A stretch of 24,080 bases of DNA from an uncultured Spirochaetaceae bacterium (GCA_946410375.1 CAMKAB010000001.1:1-24080), one strand, 5' to 3'; numbered from the stretch's first letter, positions 7,144 to 17,704 are shown. The notes: generated from the sequence alone by a model not told the origin. Numbers and translations: made by a program.

Positions 7144-8538
7144 CTATTTGATATCGTTGCCGGTAAGCTCCTGCCTGAAGCTCGTGGCGCTTTCTTTCTT
7201 ATCTGCCGGATTGTAAAGACCCGGAACAGCAGCATAAAGAGCCGCGCAAACCACAAGGTCGTGTTTCCATGTGATTTCGTTCGGAGCATGAGCCTGGGAT
7301 TCCGCACCGGGACCGAATCCTACGCAAGGAATACCGTATCTGCCCTGAATGGAAACGCCGTTCGTGCTGAATGTCCACTTGTCGCAGAGAGGTCTGCCCA
7401 CTCTCTTCTCTTTTGCGGTGTCGTCAGCCCAAATTCTCTCTTCGCCCCAAAGTCCGTGATATGCATCAAGGAGAGCCTTCACGTGCGGTGCTGATTCCTT
7501 GTTAATCCATGTAGGGAAGAAACACTCCGTGTTATACACATGGCCTGTCCATGCCGGTCTGTCGTACATATACATTGAAACCTTTACGTCCTTGGCATAC
7601 TTCTTGCATGCAGGAAGGTCTTCGATTTCCTTCAAACAGCTCTTGTATGTTTCGCCTGCGGTCATACGACGGTCGATGGAAATCGAACAACTGTCCGCTA
7701 CTGCGCAACGTGAAGGAGAAGTATAGAAAATCTGGCTTGTAGTGCAGGTTCCTCTGCCCAGGAAGCGCGCATCTTCATAGTGCTCAGGGTTCCATTTCGG
7801 ATCGAGCATCTTTTCAAGACCCGGAATTTCAGGATTGTCTTTCTTGTTCTCGTTCAAGTCTCTTACGTTCAAGAGAATTTCAGCCATCTTGTGAATTGCG
7901 TTATCTCCGCGTTCCGGAGCGCTGCCGTGGCAGGAAACACCGCGCACATCCACTCTGATTTCCATTCTTCCTCTATGGCCGCGATAAATACCGCCGTCCG
8001 TAGGCTCTGTGGAAATTACGAACTCGATCTGATTTGCCGCATCTTCCGGTCCTTTGAAATATTCATTCACGATTGACTGCCAGCACATACCGTCGCAATC
8101 TTCTTCCTGAACGGAACCCACAACCATGATCTTATATCCCTCGGGAATAAGCCCCATGTCTTTCATAATCTTTGCGCCATAAGTTGCAGAAGCCATTCCG
8201 CCTTCCTGGTCGCTTCCGCCGCGTCCGTAAATCTGAGTCTCGTTTTCCCAGCCCTTATACGGATCATCCGTCCAGTTCTTGATGTTTCCGATACCTACGG
8301 TATCAATATGGGAATCTATAGCAATGATTTTGCTACCGGTGCCCATCCATCCGATTACGTTTCCGAGCTTATCAATCTCGACTTTGTCGTAACCGAGCTT
8401 TTCCATCTCTTCTTTAATTCTGTAAACAACGCCTTTTTCCTCGCAGCTTTCTGAAGGAATTGCGATCATGTCTCTCAGAAACTTTGTCATGGCCGGGCCA
8501 TAGCCTTCAGCCGCCTTTTTGATAGCATTAAAATCCAT
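7144..8538 (-). CDS. ygeY: YgeY-type M20 family hydrolase (selenium metabolism-linked)
   Basis: [63 protein letters not shown] and [27 protein letters not shown]. Confidence 0.92.
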   Translation of the reverse strand: MDFNAIKKAAEGYGPAMTKFLRDMIAIPSESCEEKGVVYRIKEEMEKLGYDKVEIDKLGNVIGWMGTGSKIIAIDSHIDTVGIGNIKNWTDDPYKGWENETQIYGRGGSDQEGGMASATYGAKIMKDMGLIPEGYKIMVVGSVQEEDCDGMCWQSIVNEYFKGPEDAANQIEFVISTEPTDGGIYRGHRGRMEIRVDVRGVSCHGSAPERGDNAIHKMAEILLNVRDLNENKKDNPEIPGLEKMLDPKWNPEHYEDARFLGRGTCTTSQIFYTSPSRCAVADSCSISIDRRMTAGETYKSCLKEIEDLPACKKYAKDVKVSMYMYDRPAWTGHVYNTECFFPTWINKESAPHVKALLDAYHGLWGEERIWADDTAKEKRVGRPLCDKWTFSTNGVSIQGRYGIPCVGFGPGAESQAHAPNEITWKHDLVVCAALYAAVPGLYNPADKKESATSFRQELTGNDIK

Positions 8539-8683
8539 ATAAACCTCCGGGATTTTTAAATCCTTACTCTTTTCTTATATGAAGAAACCTTAAAGCATTC
8601 TAAACACCGAAAACCGCATTCAACAAAGGTCAAACTCACATTCACGATAACAAAACGCTTTAAAATTCCCCCCCGTCATCTTA

Positions 8684-8712
8684 ATGGTAGCACAAGAGCA
8701 CCAACCTGTAAA
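8684..8712 (-). promoter_or_regulatory. Putative sigma70-type promoter for ygeY-ygeW
   Basis: Minus strand reads TTTACA (8712-8707), a 17-nt spacer ending TGC, then TACCAT (8689-8684), i.e. an extended -10 TGn. Identified by pattern only. Confidence 0.5.
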
Positions 8713-8719
8713 CAAAATT

Positions 8720-8744
8720 TGTTGCAGTTTGTTGCAAAAAAATC
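8720..8744. promoter_or_regulatory. Putative transcription-factor operator, copy 1
   Basis: Minus strand GATTTTTTTGCAACAAACTGCAACA is 24/25 identical to plus-strand 22828-22852. The core TTGCAG-TTTG-TTGCAA lies at 8722-8737. Confidence 0.65.
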
Positions 8745-8750
8745 AATTTT

Positions 8751-8797
8751 CACTCAAAAGCAAATTTCACAATTCGCACTCAAAGCAAATCTCACAA
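8751..8797. repeat. Short imperfect tandem direct repeat
   Basis: CACTCAAAAGCAAATTTCACAA (8751-8772) and CACTCAAAGCAAATCTCACAA (8777-8797). Confidence 0.7.
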
Positions 8798-8816
8798 CAG
8801 CGCAAAGCGGAAAATG

Positions 8817-11699
8817 CTACTTAATCTTGCCCATAGCGCGGAGAATCTTCTCCGGAGTCATCGGCCAGGAACGCACCCAAACACCGACCGCGTCGTGAAT
8901 CGCGATTCCGATAGCAGGAGCCGCACCGTTACAAGCGATTTCCGAAATACTCTTCGCGCCGAACGGTCCGAACTTATCCGTTACATCAATCAGTACGGAC
9001 TTGAAGTCGTCCGGAGCCTCGGTAATCATCGGAACGCCGTAGTCAGTCATGTTGGAAGTAAGGCATCTTCCCTTCTTGTCCAGCTTCATATCCTCATACA
9101 AGGAGTGACCGATAGACTTCATAACCGCTCCGTACATCTGGCAGAGAGCGATTTCAGGGTTAATCGGAGTACCCGCATCCTGAAGCGCATAAAACTTCTG
9201 AACCTTTATCTCGCCTGTTTTCACATTCACCGCAACCTGGGCGAAATGAGCCCCGTACGGAACGGAAGACGCTTTCGTAATGAAAGTGCCGTGAGCGATA
9301 AGCTGGCCATGACCGCCACCGGAACACGCAGTGTGGGAAATTTCGTAGTACGAAAGAGTTTTGCCAGTTTTTTTGCTGTGAACAGCGCCCGGCTTCACAA
9401 TCTCCAGGTCTTCCTCACTTTCCTCCAACTGGTACGCCGCCTCTTTCAAAATCATACCCCGAAGCTTTTCGCAGGACGCAACGGAAGCGTTTCCGCTGAA
9501 GAACGTGCCGGAAGATGCGTAGGAACCGGTGTCAAACGCACATGAATCGGTGTCTCCCGAAACAATGGTGATTCTCTCCAAAGGCATTTTCAAAATTTCG
9601 GACGCAACTTTTGCGGAAATGGTATCGAGTCCCGTTCCGAGGTCCGCTCCGCCGCTGTTCAGAATAAGCGTTCCGTCCGTTTCCAACTTGGCGATAGCCT
9701 CGCTGTGGTCAAGACCAGGAAGTCCGGAACCCTGCATAATCATCGCAAAGCCCTTGCCGATCTTCCAATCAGGATCGTCGGACACCTCCTTTTTGCCCCA
9801 ATGTATCATGTCGCAACCCTTAAGAACCGCCTCGCGGAGTCCGCAGGAACCCACAGGCACAACAGCACCCTCTCGTCCTTCTCCGAGTCCTTTAAGGATT
9901 TCAAGCATATAGCCTTCTTCAACATGGTTTTTAAGAACCATATCCTTATAATCGCACCCGAGCTTATCGGCAAGCTCAGCCATAGCCATCATAAGCCCGT
10001 AAGTTCCCTTAGGAGTACCGTAGCCCTGATATGCGCCGGCAGGAGGAGTATTTGTATAGTACACCTTGAGGTCGTACCGCATATTGTCGCACTTGAAAAG
10101 CGGAAGAGTCTTTGAACAGCTGTTCATGGGAACGGTTAAGCAGTGATTCCCGAAAGGACCCGTATTAGCGCATACTTCCATGTAAATCGCCGTGATGGAT
10201 CCGTCCTTCTTTCCGCCCATCTTCACGTGGACTCTCATCGGATGACGGGTTGAGTTCGCAATAAACTCTTCCTCACGGGTGTTTCTGTAATAAACCGGAC
10301 GACCGGTTGCAAACGCCGCATAACCCGTTAAATCCTCAACAAGGATGTCCTGCTTAGCCCCGTAGCCGCCGCCCACACGCGTTTTGATGATGTGTATCTT
10401 ATTCTCAGGGAGTCCCGTTACCCAACCGCAAATACGGCGCACGTGATACGGCACCTGAGTTGAAGCATACACAACGAGCCTTCCCGCTTCCATTTTTGCA
10501 AAACACACGTGCGGCTCCAGCGGTGCGTGCTGAATCTGCGTTGTCTGATAGGTGTTTTCCACTATCGCATCCGCCTCGGCGAACGCCTTATCCACGTCCC
10601 CGATTTCACCCTTGTTTGATGCCGCTATATTCTTGTGAATATCCGCATGAAGCGGGAACTGATAAATAACGCGTCCTTCGCGAGGGTCGCCTGCAAGCTT
10701 ATTATACTCTTCAAGATCCGCAGGAGCGCCCGAACGGTACTCAACAATGCCGTTATGAACCAGCGGTGCTCCCGGAGCCATAGCTTCTTCCACGGTGAAC
10801 ACCGCAGGAAGAACTTCGTAATCAACCTTAATCAGGTCGCGCGCCTTGCAAGCAGCCTCATACGTTTCCGCGATAACCGCAGCCACCCTGTCTCCCACAT
10901 GGCGGACTTTGAAATTGAAAAGCGCTCTGTCGTGAGGAGAAGGCTCGGGATTTCCCTGTCCGGCCTGCATATAGTGAGTATCCGGAGTATTATACGCCGT
11001 TAAAATCTTAACGACTCCCGGAACCTTTTCCGCTTTTGAAGTATCTATGCTGTTAATATACGCGGAGGCGTGCGGACTGCGAAGAAGCACCATGTAGCAG
11101 CTGTCCTTATCCACGAAGTCCTCAACAAACGCCTTTTCTCCCTTAACAAGCTGCGGACCGTCTATCTTGGACATAGGCTTGCCGACAATCTCCCACTCAG
11201 GATGGAACGACGGAGCGATTTCCGAAGAATACTTGCCGTCCTTCATTTTCTCCTGCGCAAGCTTCACTGCGAGATAGTAATGCTCGTAACCGGCGTCTCT
11301 GATAAAAATCCCGGAAAGAGCATCCTTAATGTCCTCTTTTGTCGGATTCGGATTCGTTTCCAAAAGCCACGTAAGCAGAAGCGCCGCCGCCGGAGCGTTG
11401 TATGCGCTCTGAACAAGTCCGGCATCTATCATAGCCTGTTGGACAATTGATATTTTCCCAGGCTCGGACAGTCCGTCCGGCGTTCTGATTTCGCACCCGT
11501 CCGCTTCGCCCGCAAGAACAAGGTTCGCATACACCGGAACGCCGTCCATCAATACGGTGTCGCTTCCGCAGAAACCTTCGCAGTCGTCGCTGTCTCGCAC
11601 GCAGAAGTTCCCGTTCAGTTCCAGCATTTCCCGAAGCCTCATTCCCGGCTCTATGTCAAAATTCCTATTTATTCCGTTAATCAAACAGTTTACTCTCAT
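8817..11699 (-). CDS. xdhD: XdhD/YgfN-type molybdopterin oxidoreductase: degenerate 2Fe-2S-like N-terminus fused to a Mo-binding domain
   Basis: N-terminus VRDSDDCEGFCGSD..VQSAYNAPAA..LSGIFIRDAGY matches the XdhD pattern. Also present: LRSPHASA, GGGYGAKQ, GAYQGYGTPKG, ADLGTGLDT, ASSGTFFSG and GAKSISE. 960 aa, with an ATGA overlap with the upstream gene. Confidence 0.88.
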   Translation of the reverse strand: MRVNCLINGINRNFDIEPGMRLREMLELNGNFCVRDSDDCEGFCGSDTVLMDGVPVYANLVLAGEADGCEIRTPDGLSEPGKISIVQQAMIDAGLVQSAYNAPAAALLLTWLLETNPNPTKEDIKDALSGIFIRDAGYEHYYLAVKLAQEKMKDGKYSSEIAPSFHPEWEIVGKPMSKIDGPQLVKGEKAFVEDFVDKDSCYMVLLRSPHASAYINSIDTSKAEKVPGVVKILTAYNTPDTHYMQAGQGNPEPSPHDRALFNFKVRHVGDRVAAVIAETYEAACKARDLIKVDYEVLPAVFTVEEAMAPGAPLVHNGIVEYRSGAPADLEEYNKLAGDPREGRVIYQFPLHADIHKNIAASNKGEIGDVDKAFAEADAIVENTYQTTQIQHAPLEPHVCFAKMEAGRLVVYASTQVPYHVRRICGWVTGLPENKIHIIKTRVGGGYGAKQDILVEDLTGYAAFATGRPVYYRNTREEEFIANSTRHPMRVHVKMGGKKDGSITAIYMEVCANTGPFGNHCLTVPMNSCSKTLPLFKCDNMRYDLKVYYTNTPPAGAYQGYGTPKGTYGLMMAMAELADKLGCDYKDMVLKNHVEEGYMLEILKGLGEGREGAVVPVGSCGLREAVLKGCDMIHWGKKEVSDDPDWKIGKGFAMIMQGSGLPGLDHSEAIAKLETDGTLILNSGGADLGTGLDTISAKVASEILKMPLERITIVSGDTDSCAFDTGSYASSGTFFSGNASVASCEKLRGMILKEAAYQLEESEEDLEIVKPGAVHSKKTGKTLSYYEISHTACSGGGHGQLIAHGTFITKASSVPYGAHFAQVAVNVKTGEIKVQKFYALQDAGTPINPEIALCQMYGAVMKSIGHSLYEDMKLDKKGRCLTSNMTDYGVPMITEAPDDFKSVLIDVTDKFGPFGAKSISEIACNGAAPAIGIAIHDAVGVWVRSWPMTPEKILRAMGKIK

Positions 11700-12517
11700 T
11701 TAGCACCTCCGGACTTCTTTTCACTTGCTTTTCCTTTTTCAGAACCGTCGCAGCAGCATCCCGAATCTCCCTGCACAGAGGAAACAAGATCCTCTCTTGT
11801 TACATCAATCAAATATTTCTTATACGCGCGAGAACCGAAAATATCGTCCTTCAACACCACATCAGGCGTTTTGCTTCCGTCAAATACGTAAAAACCGGAA
11901 TTTTTCACGCAAAGTCCTACCTGACACATATCCCCCTTCTTCGCTGCAGCCATGGTGATGTAGCCGTGAGAAGAGGCGGTGTTAGCATATCGCTTTTGAG
12001 AGACAGCTCCCGTTTCCGTGTTCACGAGAAGAGCGGCGACAAAGTAAGAACCGTACTTTTCCTTTTTGAAAATGTAATCCGACAGACTTATAACGGATTT
12101 GCGTCCGAACATGGAGTACACGAAAAGTTTTGCGTCCGCGGCAAGAAGGGCCGGGATAAGATAAGAATCATCCCTCCTCACGGCGATATTGCCGCAAAGA
12201 GTCGCCATATTCCTGCGTACCCTGGAAGACATAAAGCGACACGCTTCTTTCAGGTACCCGGGAACGAGGTCGTTTTCTATCGCATCCTGAAACGTACAGA
12301 CGGCTCCGATTTTGATATACGAACCGGAGACTCCCTCTAAAATCGATTTTTCTATTGTTTTAAGGTCTGCGATTTTACCGATGTAAACAAAGTTTTTACC
12401 CTTTACTGTGCTGTTCAGCCGGTTCACCTCGGTTCCGCCGGCTAAAGGCTGAAAACCTTCTTTCATTAAAGAGACTGTTTCCTTCACGTTTTTTGCAATA
12501 ATCAGTTTCTCAACCAT
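11696..12517 (-). CDS. FAD-binding subunit of a molybdenum hydroxylase (YgfM-like)
   Basis: PLAGGTEVNRL, IKIGAVCTFQD, VRRNMATLCGNIA and LIPALLAADAKL. It sits directly upstream of xdhD, as ygfM does in E. coli. Confidence 0.8.
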   Translation of the reverse strand: MVEKLIIAKNVKETVSLMKEGFQPLAGGTEVNRLNSTVKGKNFVYIGKIADLKTIEKSILEGVSGSYIKIGAVCTFQDAIENDLVPGYLKEACRFMSSRVRRNMATLCGNIAVRRDDSYLIPALLAADAKLFVYSMFGRKSVISLSDYIFKKEKYGSYFVAALLVNTETGAVSQKRYANTASSHGYITMAAAKKGDMCQVGLCVKNSGFYVFDGSKTPDVVLKDDIFGSRAYKKYLIDVTREDLVSSVQGDSGCCCDGSEKGKASEKKSGGAK

Positions 12518-13889
12518 AAATTTCCCTCTTTTTTAACAACTCAGCCGAAATTTTGTTCGCCTTTTCTATAAGTTCCGCCTCATTTACGCCGACAACCTTT
12601 CCGCCATCCACAACAACGCTTCCGTTTACGATGGTGTACTTCGTGCTATGGTCATATCCGCAGAACACAAGAGCCGCCACTGGGTCGCTCTGCGCTCCGG
12701 CATAACCGAGCGAACTGACATCAAACAGCGCAAGGTCCGCCGCCCAGCCCTCTTCCGCCTTGCCGACTTTATCAAAGCCCAAAAGTTTCGCACCGTTCTC
12801 GGAGCCCATTTTCAACGCCTCGCGGGCGGTGAGAGCCGTGCTTCCGTACTTAACGCGGGCAAGAAGCATTGCATTCCTGATTTCTCCAAGCATATCGGAA
12901 CTGTCGTTGGAAGCGCTTCCGTCAACTGCGATACCGATGTTTATACCTAAATCAAGCATTTCTCTCGTTCTGCAAATTCCCGAACCCAATCTCATATTGG
13001 AAGACGGACAATGGGCGATATGGGAACCCGTCGCGGCAAGAATCTTTAATTCTTCATCGTTAAACCAAATACCGTGGGCGTAGAAAACATCGCTTCCGAT
13101 AAGCTCGCATTCCTGCATAAGTTCCACAGGACGTATTCCGTACATCGCCTTGCACTGGTTTTCTTCGTCCATCGTCTCGCAAAGATGGGTGTGGAGACGA
13201 ACGCCGTACTTACGAGCCAAACGGCTGCTTTCCAGCATGCAACGCTTTGTAACGCTGAAAGGCGAACAAGGCGCAAGAACAATCTTATGCATTGCCATGG
13301 GAGAAGGATCGTGGAACGTCTTGATGCATCTCTCGCTATCCTCCAAAATAACCTCTTCCGTTTGCACACAGGTATCAGGAGGAAGTCCGCCGTCCTTTTT
13401 TGAAAGGCTCATGGAACCGCGGGTAGGAGAAAAACGCATTCCGAGTTCATCGGAAGCCTTGAACTGCGTTGCCATGAGGTCGCCCTTGAAATTGTTCGGA
13501 TACAAATAGTGATGGTCCGTGGAACAGGTGCAACCGGTTTTCAAAAGCTCGGTCATGGCGAGCAAAGATGATACATACACCGCTTCTTCGTCTATGTATT
13601 TCCATACTTCATAAAGATATACAAGCCAGTCAAAAAGCTTTGCGTCCTGCACCGCAGGAAGATTTCTCGTAAGAGTCTGATAAAAATGATGATGCGTGTT
13701 CACGAATCCCGGAAGCACGACAAGGTGCGATGCGTCAATCGTTCTGTAATCGGAAGGAGCGTTCAAGTCCTTACCGATTTTTTTGATCACGCCACCTTCT
13801 ATGAGCATATCAACGCCTGTCAGGGTAGGCTTTGTCGAGTCCGTCATTAAGGCGTATATATTCTTTAAAATTATTCCCTTTTCGTTCAT
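12510..13889 (-). CDS. Amidohydrolase, 8-oxoguanine-deaminase-like (chlorohydrolase subfamily)
   Basis: PGFVNTHHHFYQTLTR, ELLKTGCTCSTDHHYLYP, TRGSMS, LAPCSPFSVT, LHTHLCET, AHCPSSNMRLGSG and VDGSASND. GAGG RBS. Confidence 0.85.
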   Translation of the reverse strand: MNEKGIILKNIYALMTDSTKPTLTGVDMLIEGGVIKKIGKDLNAPSDYRTIDASHLVVLPGFVNTHHHFYQTLTRNLPAVQDAKLFDWLVYLYEVWKYIDEEAVYVSSLLAMTELLKTGCTCSTDHHYLYPNNFKGDLMATQFKASDELGMRFSPTRGSMSLSKKDGGLPPDTCVQTEEVILEDSERCIKTFHDPSPMAMHKIVLAPCSPFSVTKRCMLESSRLARKYGVRLHTHLCETMDEENQCKAMYGIRPVELMQECELIGSDVFYAHGIWFNDEELKILAATGSHIAHCPSSNMRLGSGICRTREMLDLGINIGIAVDGSASNDSSDMLGEIRNAMLLARVKYGSTALTAREALKMGSENGAKLLGFDKVGKAEEGWAADLALFDVSSLGYAGAQSDPVAALVFCGYDHSTKYTIVNGSVVVDGGKVVGVNEAELIEKANKISAELLKKREIYG

Positions 13890-13999
13890 GATTATTTCCT
13901 CTCTCTACAATATTTAATTATTCAGACCGCAGGTAAGAAGGGAGTTGTACGCAAATTCACAGCCGTCCCTTAACCGCACTCCGGCACGTTCCCGCGTCC

Positions 14000-14022
14000 G
14001 CGCAGCCCGAAGCCGACCGCGC
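14000..14022 (-). other. GC-rich intergenic stem-loop without a U-tract
   Basis: Minus strand reads GCGCGGTC-GGCTTCG-GGCTGCGC (8-bp stem including G-U pairs), 20 nt after the xdhB-like stop codon. It may be an mRNA stabiliser or processing site. Confidence 0.45.
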
Positions 14023-14042
14023 AAAGATGGCGTGCATGCCCG

Positions 14043-14969
14043 CTAGGAAAGCCGGCAGACCGGAGCGCACGGCACATAATACCCATCATACGTATCAATC
14101 ACCTTATCCCGGCACCCTTCGATTCTTCGCTTCTCCGCCTCGGTTAGGAAACGCCTGATTGAACGGCGGCAGGATTCGCGTCTGAACTCCGGCATCGCGC
14201 GCGGAGAAATAATCCCGTCAAAAGCGGCGATAACCTCTTCGATCAATTCGGGAGCGATTCTCTTCCCGATGATGATATTCTCAACATCACGACTTCTGTT
14301 CGTCTTGCTTCCGGTGGCGGTGGCGGATGCCCTGTAATCGCAAACAGTGCCGTCAGAAGCGAACTTCACCGCCTGAGAGAGGGTCACCTTGCTGATTGCA
14401 TTCGCCTTTCGCGTTCCCACCTTATGCCAGAACACGTAATCGAAATCATCCTCCGAAAGCGGAAGTATCACCTCGGTAATCATCTCGTTCGGCTTTAAAT
14501 CTATCGTACGGAACTTGATGATAAAATCCGAAACAAGCTCCTCTCTCACTCCGTCCGTGGAAGCGATTTTCACCCGGGCGTCCAAAAGGTAGAGAGGCCC
14601 CGGAGTGTCCCCTTTCGGAGAAGCGTTTGCGATATTTCCCCCAATGGTGGCGCTGTTTCGAAGCCCGATAGCCCCCATTCTGGAAGCCGCCTGTCTTACA
14701 TGCCAAGGCACCAGCGGGCTCTCCGCAATCTCCCTGCTTGTGCACGCAGCCCCGATATGGCACTCGGAACCATCCATATATATTTTTCTGATTTCCGGAA
14801 GATTGCGTATAATCATTACGCTCTTATCAAACTTAGGAGTAAGCCCTATTGTTCTCTTATGAGACACCATTAAATCAGACCCGCCCGCAAGCACGATAAC
14901 ATCTTCCTTGTTCCTTATTTCCAACGCCTCGTTCAAGGTTTTCGGTATATAGCACATCACTTTTTCCAT
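14043..14969 (-). CDS. Xanthine dehydrogenase family FAD-binding subunit (XdhB-like)
   Basis: VLAGGSDL, HIGAACT, RNSATIGGNIANASPKGD and KVGTRKANAIS. It overlaps the 2Fe-2S gene by 13 nt, with a GGAGGT RBS. Confidence 0.88.
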   Translation of the reverse strand: MEKVMCYIPKTLNEALEIRNKEDVIVLAGGSDLMVSHKRTIGLTPKFDKSVMIIRNLPEIRKIYMDGSECHIGAACTSREIAESPLVPWHVRQAASRMGAIGLRNSATIGGNIANASPKGDTPGPLYLLDARVKIASTDGVREELVSDFIIKFRTIDLKPNEMITEVILPLSEDDFDYVFWHKVGTRKANAISKVTLSQAVKFASDGTVCDYRASATATGSKTNRSRDVENIIIGKRIAPELIEEVIAAFDGIISPRAMPEFRRESCRRSIRRFLTEAEKRRIEGCRDKVIDTYDGYYVPCAPVCRLS

Positions 14970-15439
14970 ATATCACCTCCGCGAGAAGCCGCAAGTTTGA
15001 TACTCTCAACAATCAGGTCGTACCCGGTGCACCTGCAAAGATTGCCGCTTATGCCTAACCTGATTTCATCTTCCGTCGGATTAGGATTGCGGCTTAAAAG
15101 GTAGTAAGCAGCCACAACCATTCCCGGAATACAAAAACCGCACTGCACCGCACCGCCGTCGGCAAAAGCCTGCACAATGATGTCTCCCTTTTCCGTGGCG
15201 GTAATGCCCTCCACCGTTACAACCTCCTGTCCGTCAGCCGCCCCGAGAGGAATCAGGCAAGGTGTTACCATCTCGCCGTTCAAAAGAACGGAACACGCGC
15301 CGCACTCGCCCTCGCTGCACCCTTCCTTAACTCCGTGGCACTTAAAATCTTCCCTGAGCACGTCCAAAAGTCTTCTGAGAGGATCCGTTGTAATGGAAAC
15401 AGCCTCTCCGTTAAGTTTAAAAGAAATTGTCTTATCCAT
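14957..15439 (-). CDS. Xanthine dehydrogenase family (2Fe-2S)-binding subunit (XdhC-like)
   Basis: Complete ligand sets GVKEGCSEGECGACSV..PC and QCGFC..NLCRCTGY. TAATG overlap with the Mo subunit gene. Confidence 0.93.
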   Translation of the reverse strand: MDKTISFKLNGEAVSITTDPLRRLLDVLREDFKCHGVKEGCSEGECGACSVLLNGEMVTPCLIPLGAADGQEVVTVEGITATEKGDIIVQAFADGGAVQCGFCIPGMVVAAYYLLSRNPNPTEDEIRLGISGNLCRCTGYDLIVESIKLAASRGGDIWKK

Positions 15440-17604
15440 TAAAATTCCTCCTTGAAATCATGACCGTGAAGCATGTAGTCCATAACGCGCTCCGTAGGAC
15501 ACGGAATAGCGCTGATTCTCTTTCCGATTGCGCGGGACACAGCGTCTATATACGCCGCACCGCTTCCGTTGAACACAAGTTCTCCCATGCCCTTCGCCCC
15601 GGAAGGTCCCCACCGGTATGCGTTTTCCACGTAGTACACTCCCTGCTTCGGATGATCCATTGAAGTCGGAATAATATAATCGCTGATTGACGTCTGTTTG
15701 AAATGTCCCTTGACGTTCTCAAGAACCTCGGTTGAAGCCCATCCGATTCCCTGCAGAATACCGCCGTTCGTCTGTCCGTGAACAATCAGTTCGTCAATCA
15801 GATGACCGCAGTCATGAGAGGACCAGATTCCGCGAGTCGTAACCTCTCCGGTACACGGGTCGACCTCCACTTCCACCACGCAAACGCCCCAGCCGTAGCC
15901 CAGATATGCGTAGCCCTGGAAAGAAGCCTGATCCCACGGATAACCCTCCGGATGTTCGTAATTCGTTTCAACCTCAAACTCTTCTTCCTTGTCGTAGCGA
16001 GGCTTCATAAGATTCGCAGCCTTTTCCGCAAGATAACCCACAATCATTGTTGAACGTGATGCGGCGGTAGGTCCCGAATCAGGCACCCTGTCCGTGTTCG
16101 GATCGTCAAAAACCACCTTCTCCATCGGAATTTCAAGCACGCGGGAAACGATCTTCGGCATAATCGAATGGAAGCCCTGTCCCATTTCCGTCTGACCGCA
16201 AAGAATTTCCACTCTTCCGTCGGGATATTTATGCAAACGAAGTTTCGCCTTGATGATTGCGGACTCGCCGTTTCCGGTGAACGCTCCTCCGTGATTATAG
16301 AAGGAAATACCTATTCCGCGTCCCGAACCGTACTTGTATTCGCGGCTCTTTCTCTTATAATCCGACGCGTCAAGAACCTGATTCAGCATTTCAGGAATCA
16401 TAACGCGCTCCACAACCCGACCGTTGGTGCTTGTCACATCGCCCTGCTTAATAAAATAGCGGCTCTTATACTCAAGAGGATCTATCCCCAGCTTCTCCGC
16501 GATATGGCACATATGCGTTTCTACGGCGAAAAGCGTCTGAGGCGCGCCGAATCCCCGGAATGCGCAGGACGGGAAAGTGTTCGTAGCCACCCCGAAACCT
16601 TCAGTTCTGAAAGACGGGAACTTATAACAGCCCGTTACATGGAAGCAACCTCTCTGGAGGACGACAAACGAAGACGCGAGGTATGCGCCCACGTTGTAAT
16701 ACACCTTGCTGTCCATAGCCATGATGTTTCCGTCCTTGTCAAGAGCGGTTTTGAACATAACCTTGGACGGATGGCGCTTAACGGAGAACTCAATATCCTC
16801 TTCTCTGTCAAAAATCATCTTGACTCCGCGCCCCGTTACGTAAGCGGCAAGCAAAAGCGGTCCGCAAAGAACATCCGGGAAATGCTCCTTTCCGCCGAAC
16901 GCTCCGCCCGTGGTCGTCTGCTGAACAACAATATCCTCCGGCTTTATTCCGAGCACCGGAGCAATTGATTTTCTGATATAGAACGGACACTGCGCAGATG
17001 CCAGAATCTGATACTTATCCCCGACTTTCTTACACGCCGCCGCATTTGTTTCAAGGTACACATGCTCCTGAAAGCCCGTTTCTATAGTCTCTTCAATAAT
17101 CTTATCGGCACGGGCGAACACGCTATCCACATTCTCTCCCACTTCAAGCTTAAGCGAACAATGAATGTTATTGCCGTTAATGAACGCGCCGCCCTTGCAA
17201 GCTATCCCCTCATCAATGCTTACCGCCGGCTCCGCTTCCTCGTACTCGATATTTATCTCTTCATAAAGATCTTCAAGGAGCGTTTTATCGGGTCCGCAGA
17301 GAATGCCGATAGTCTCTCCGACGTACTTCACATCCCCGTCCGCAAAACATCTCCAGTCCGTGGCTATCATATGCAGATAGTTCTTTCCCCCCTCGGGAAT
17401 ATCCTTTGCGGACACAAAGAAATATCCTTCCGGCAAATCCGGCAAATTGATTTTCTTTATGATACCCCTCGGAATGGAGGAACGCACCAGCCGTCCCCAC
17501 AGGTAATCATCCAAATCATAATCGCTCAGATATTTGATTGTTCCTTTTGACTTGCTAACAGCGTCTATTCTTCTGATTGCTTTTGAAATATCTTCCGTTA
17601 CCAT
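15439..17604 (-). CDS. Xanthine dehydrogenase family molybdopterin-binding subunit (XdhA-like)
   Basis: QEHVYLET, GGAFGGKE, KRHPS, AFRGFGAPQ, EMGQG, DSGPTAASRS and GAKGMGE. GGAGA RBS. Confidence 0.92.
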   Translation of the reverse strand: MVTEDISKAIRRIDAVSKSKGTIKYLSDYDLDDYLWGRLVRSSIPRGIIKKINLPDLPEGYFFVSAKDIPEGGKNYLHMIATDWRCFADGDVKYVGETIGILCGPDKTLLEDLYEEINIEYEEAEPAVSIDEGIACKGGAFINGNNIHCSLKLEVGENVDSVFARADKIIEETIETGFQEHVYLETNAAACKKVGDKYQILASAQCPFYIRKSIAPVLGIKPEDIVVQQTTTGGAFGGKEHFPDVLCGPLLLAAYVTGRGVKMIFDREEDIEFSVKRHPSKVMFKTALDKDGNIMAMDSKVYYNVGAYLASSFVVLQRGCFHVTGCYKFPSFRTEGFGVATNTFPSCAFRGFGAPQTLFAVETHMCHIAEKLGIDPLEYKSRYFIKQGDVTSTNGRVVERVMIPEMLNQVLDASDYKRKSREYKYGSGRGIGISFYNHGGAFTGNGESAIIKAKLRLHKYPDGRVEILCGQTEMGQGFHSIMPKIVSRVLEIPMEKVVFDDPNTDRVPDSGPTAASRSTMIVGYLAEKAANLMKPRYDKEEEFEVETNYEHPEGYPWDQASFQGYAYLGYGWGVCVVEVEVDPCTGEVTTRGIWSSHDCGHLIDELIVHGQTNGGILQGIGWASTEVLENVKGHFKQTSISDYIIPTSMDHPKQGVYYVENAYRWGPSGAKGMGELVFNGSGAAYIDAVSRAIGKRISAIPCPTERVMDYMLHGHDFKEEF

Positions 17605-17675
17605 GTTTTCTCCAAAAATTTTGTTTTCCCGCCGAAATACTGCGGTGCAAAGCAGAATTTCAGCGTCACTATAAT

Positions 17676-17704
17676 ATGATAGTCAGAGAATCTCCGAAAA
17701 TCAA
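17676..17704 (-). promoter_or_regulatory. Putative internal sigma70-type promoter upstream of the xdhA-like gene
   Basis: Minus strand reads TTGATT (17704-17699), 17 nt, TATCAT (17681-17676). Identified by pattern only. Confidence 0.45.

Noticed and set aside
8680-8706. Sigma54 promoter (TTGGTGCTCTTGTGC, minus strand) upstream of ygeY
   Set aside because: The GG and GC dinucleotides are separated by 9 nt rather than the required 10, and a sigma70-type -35/-10 fits better.
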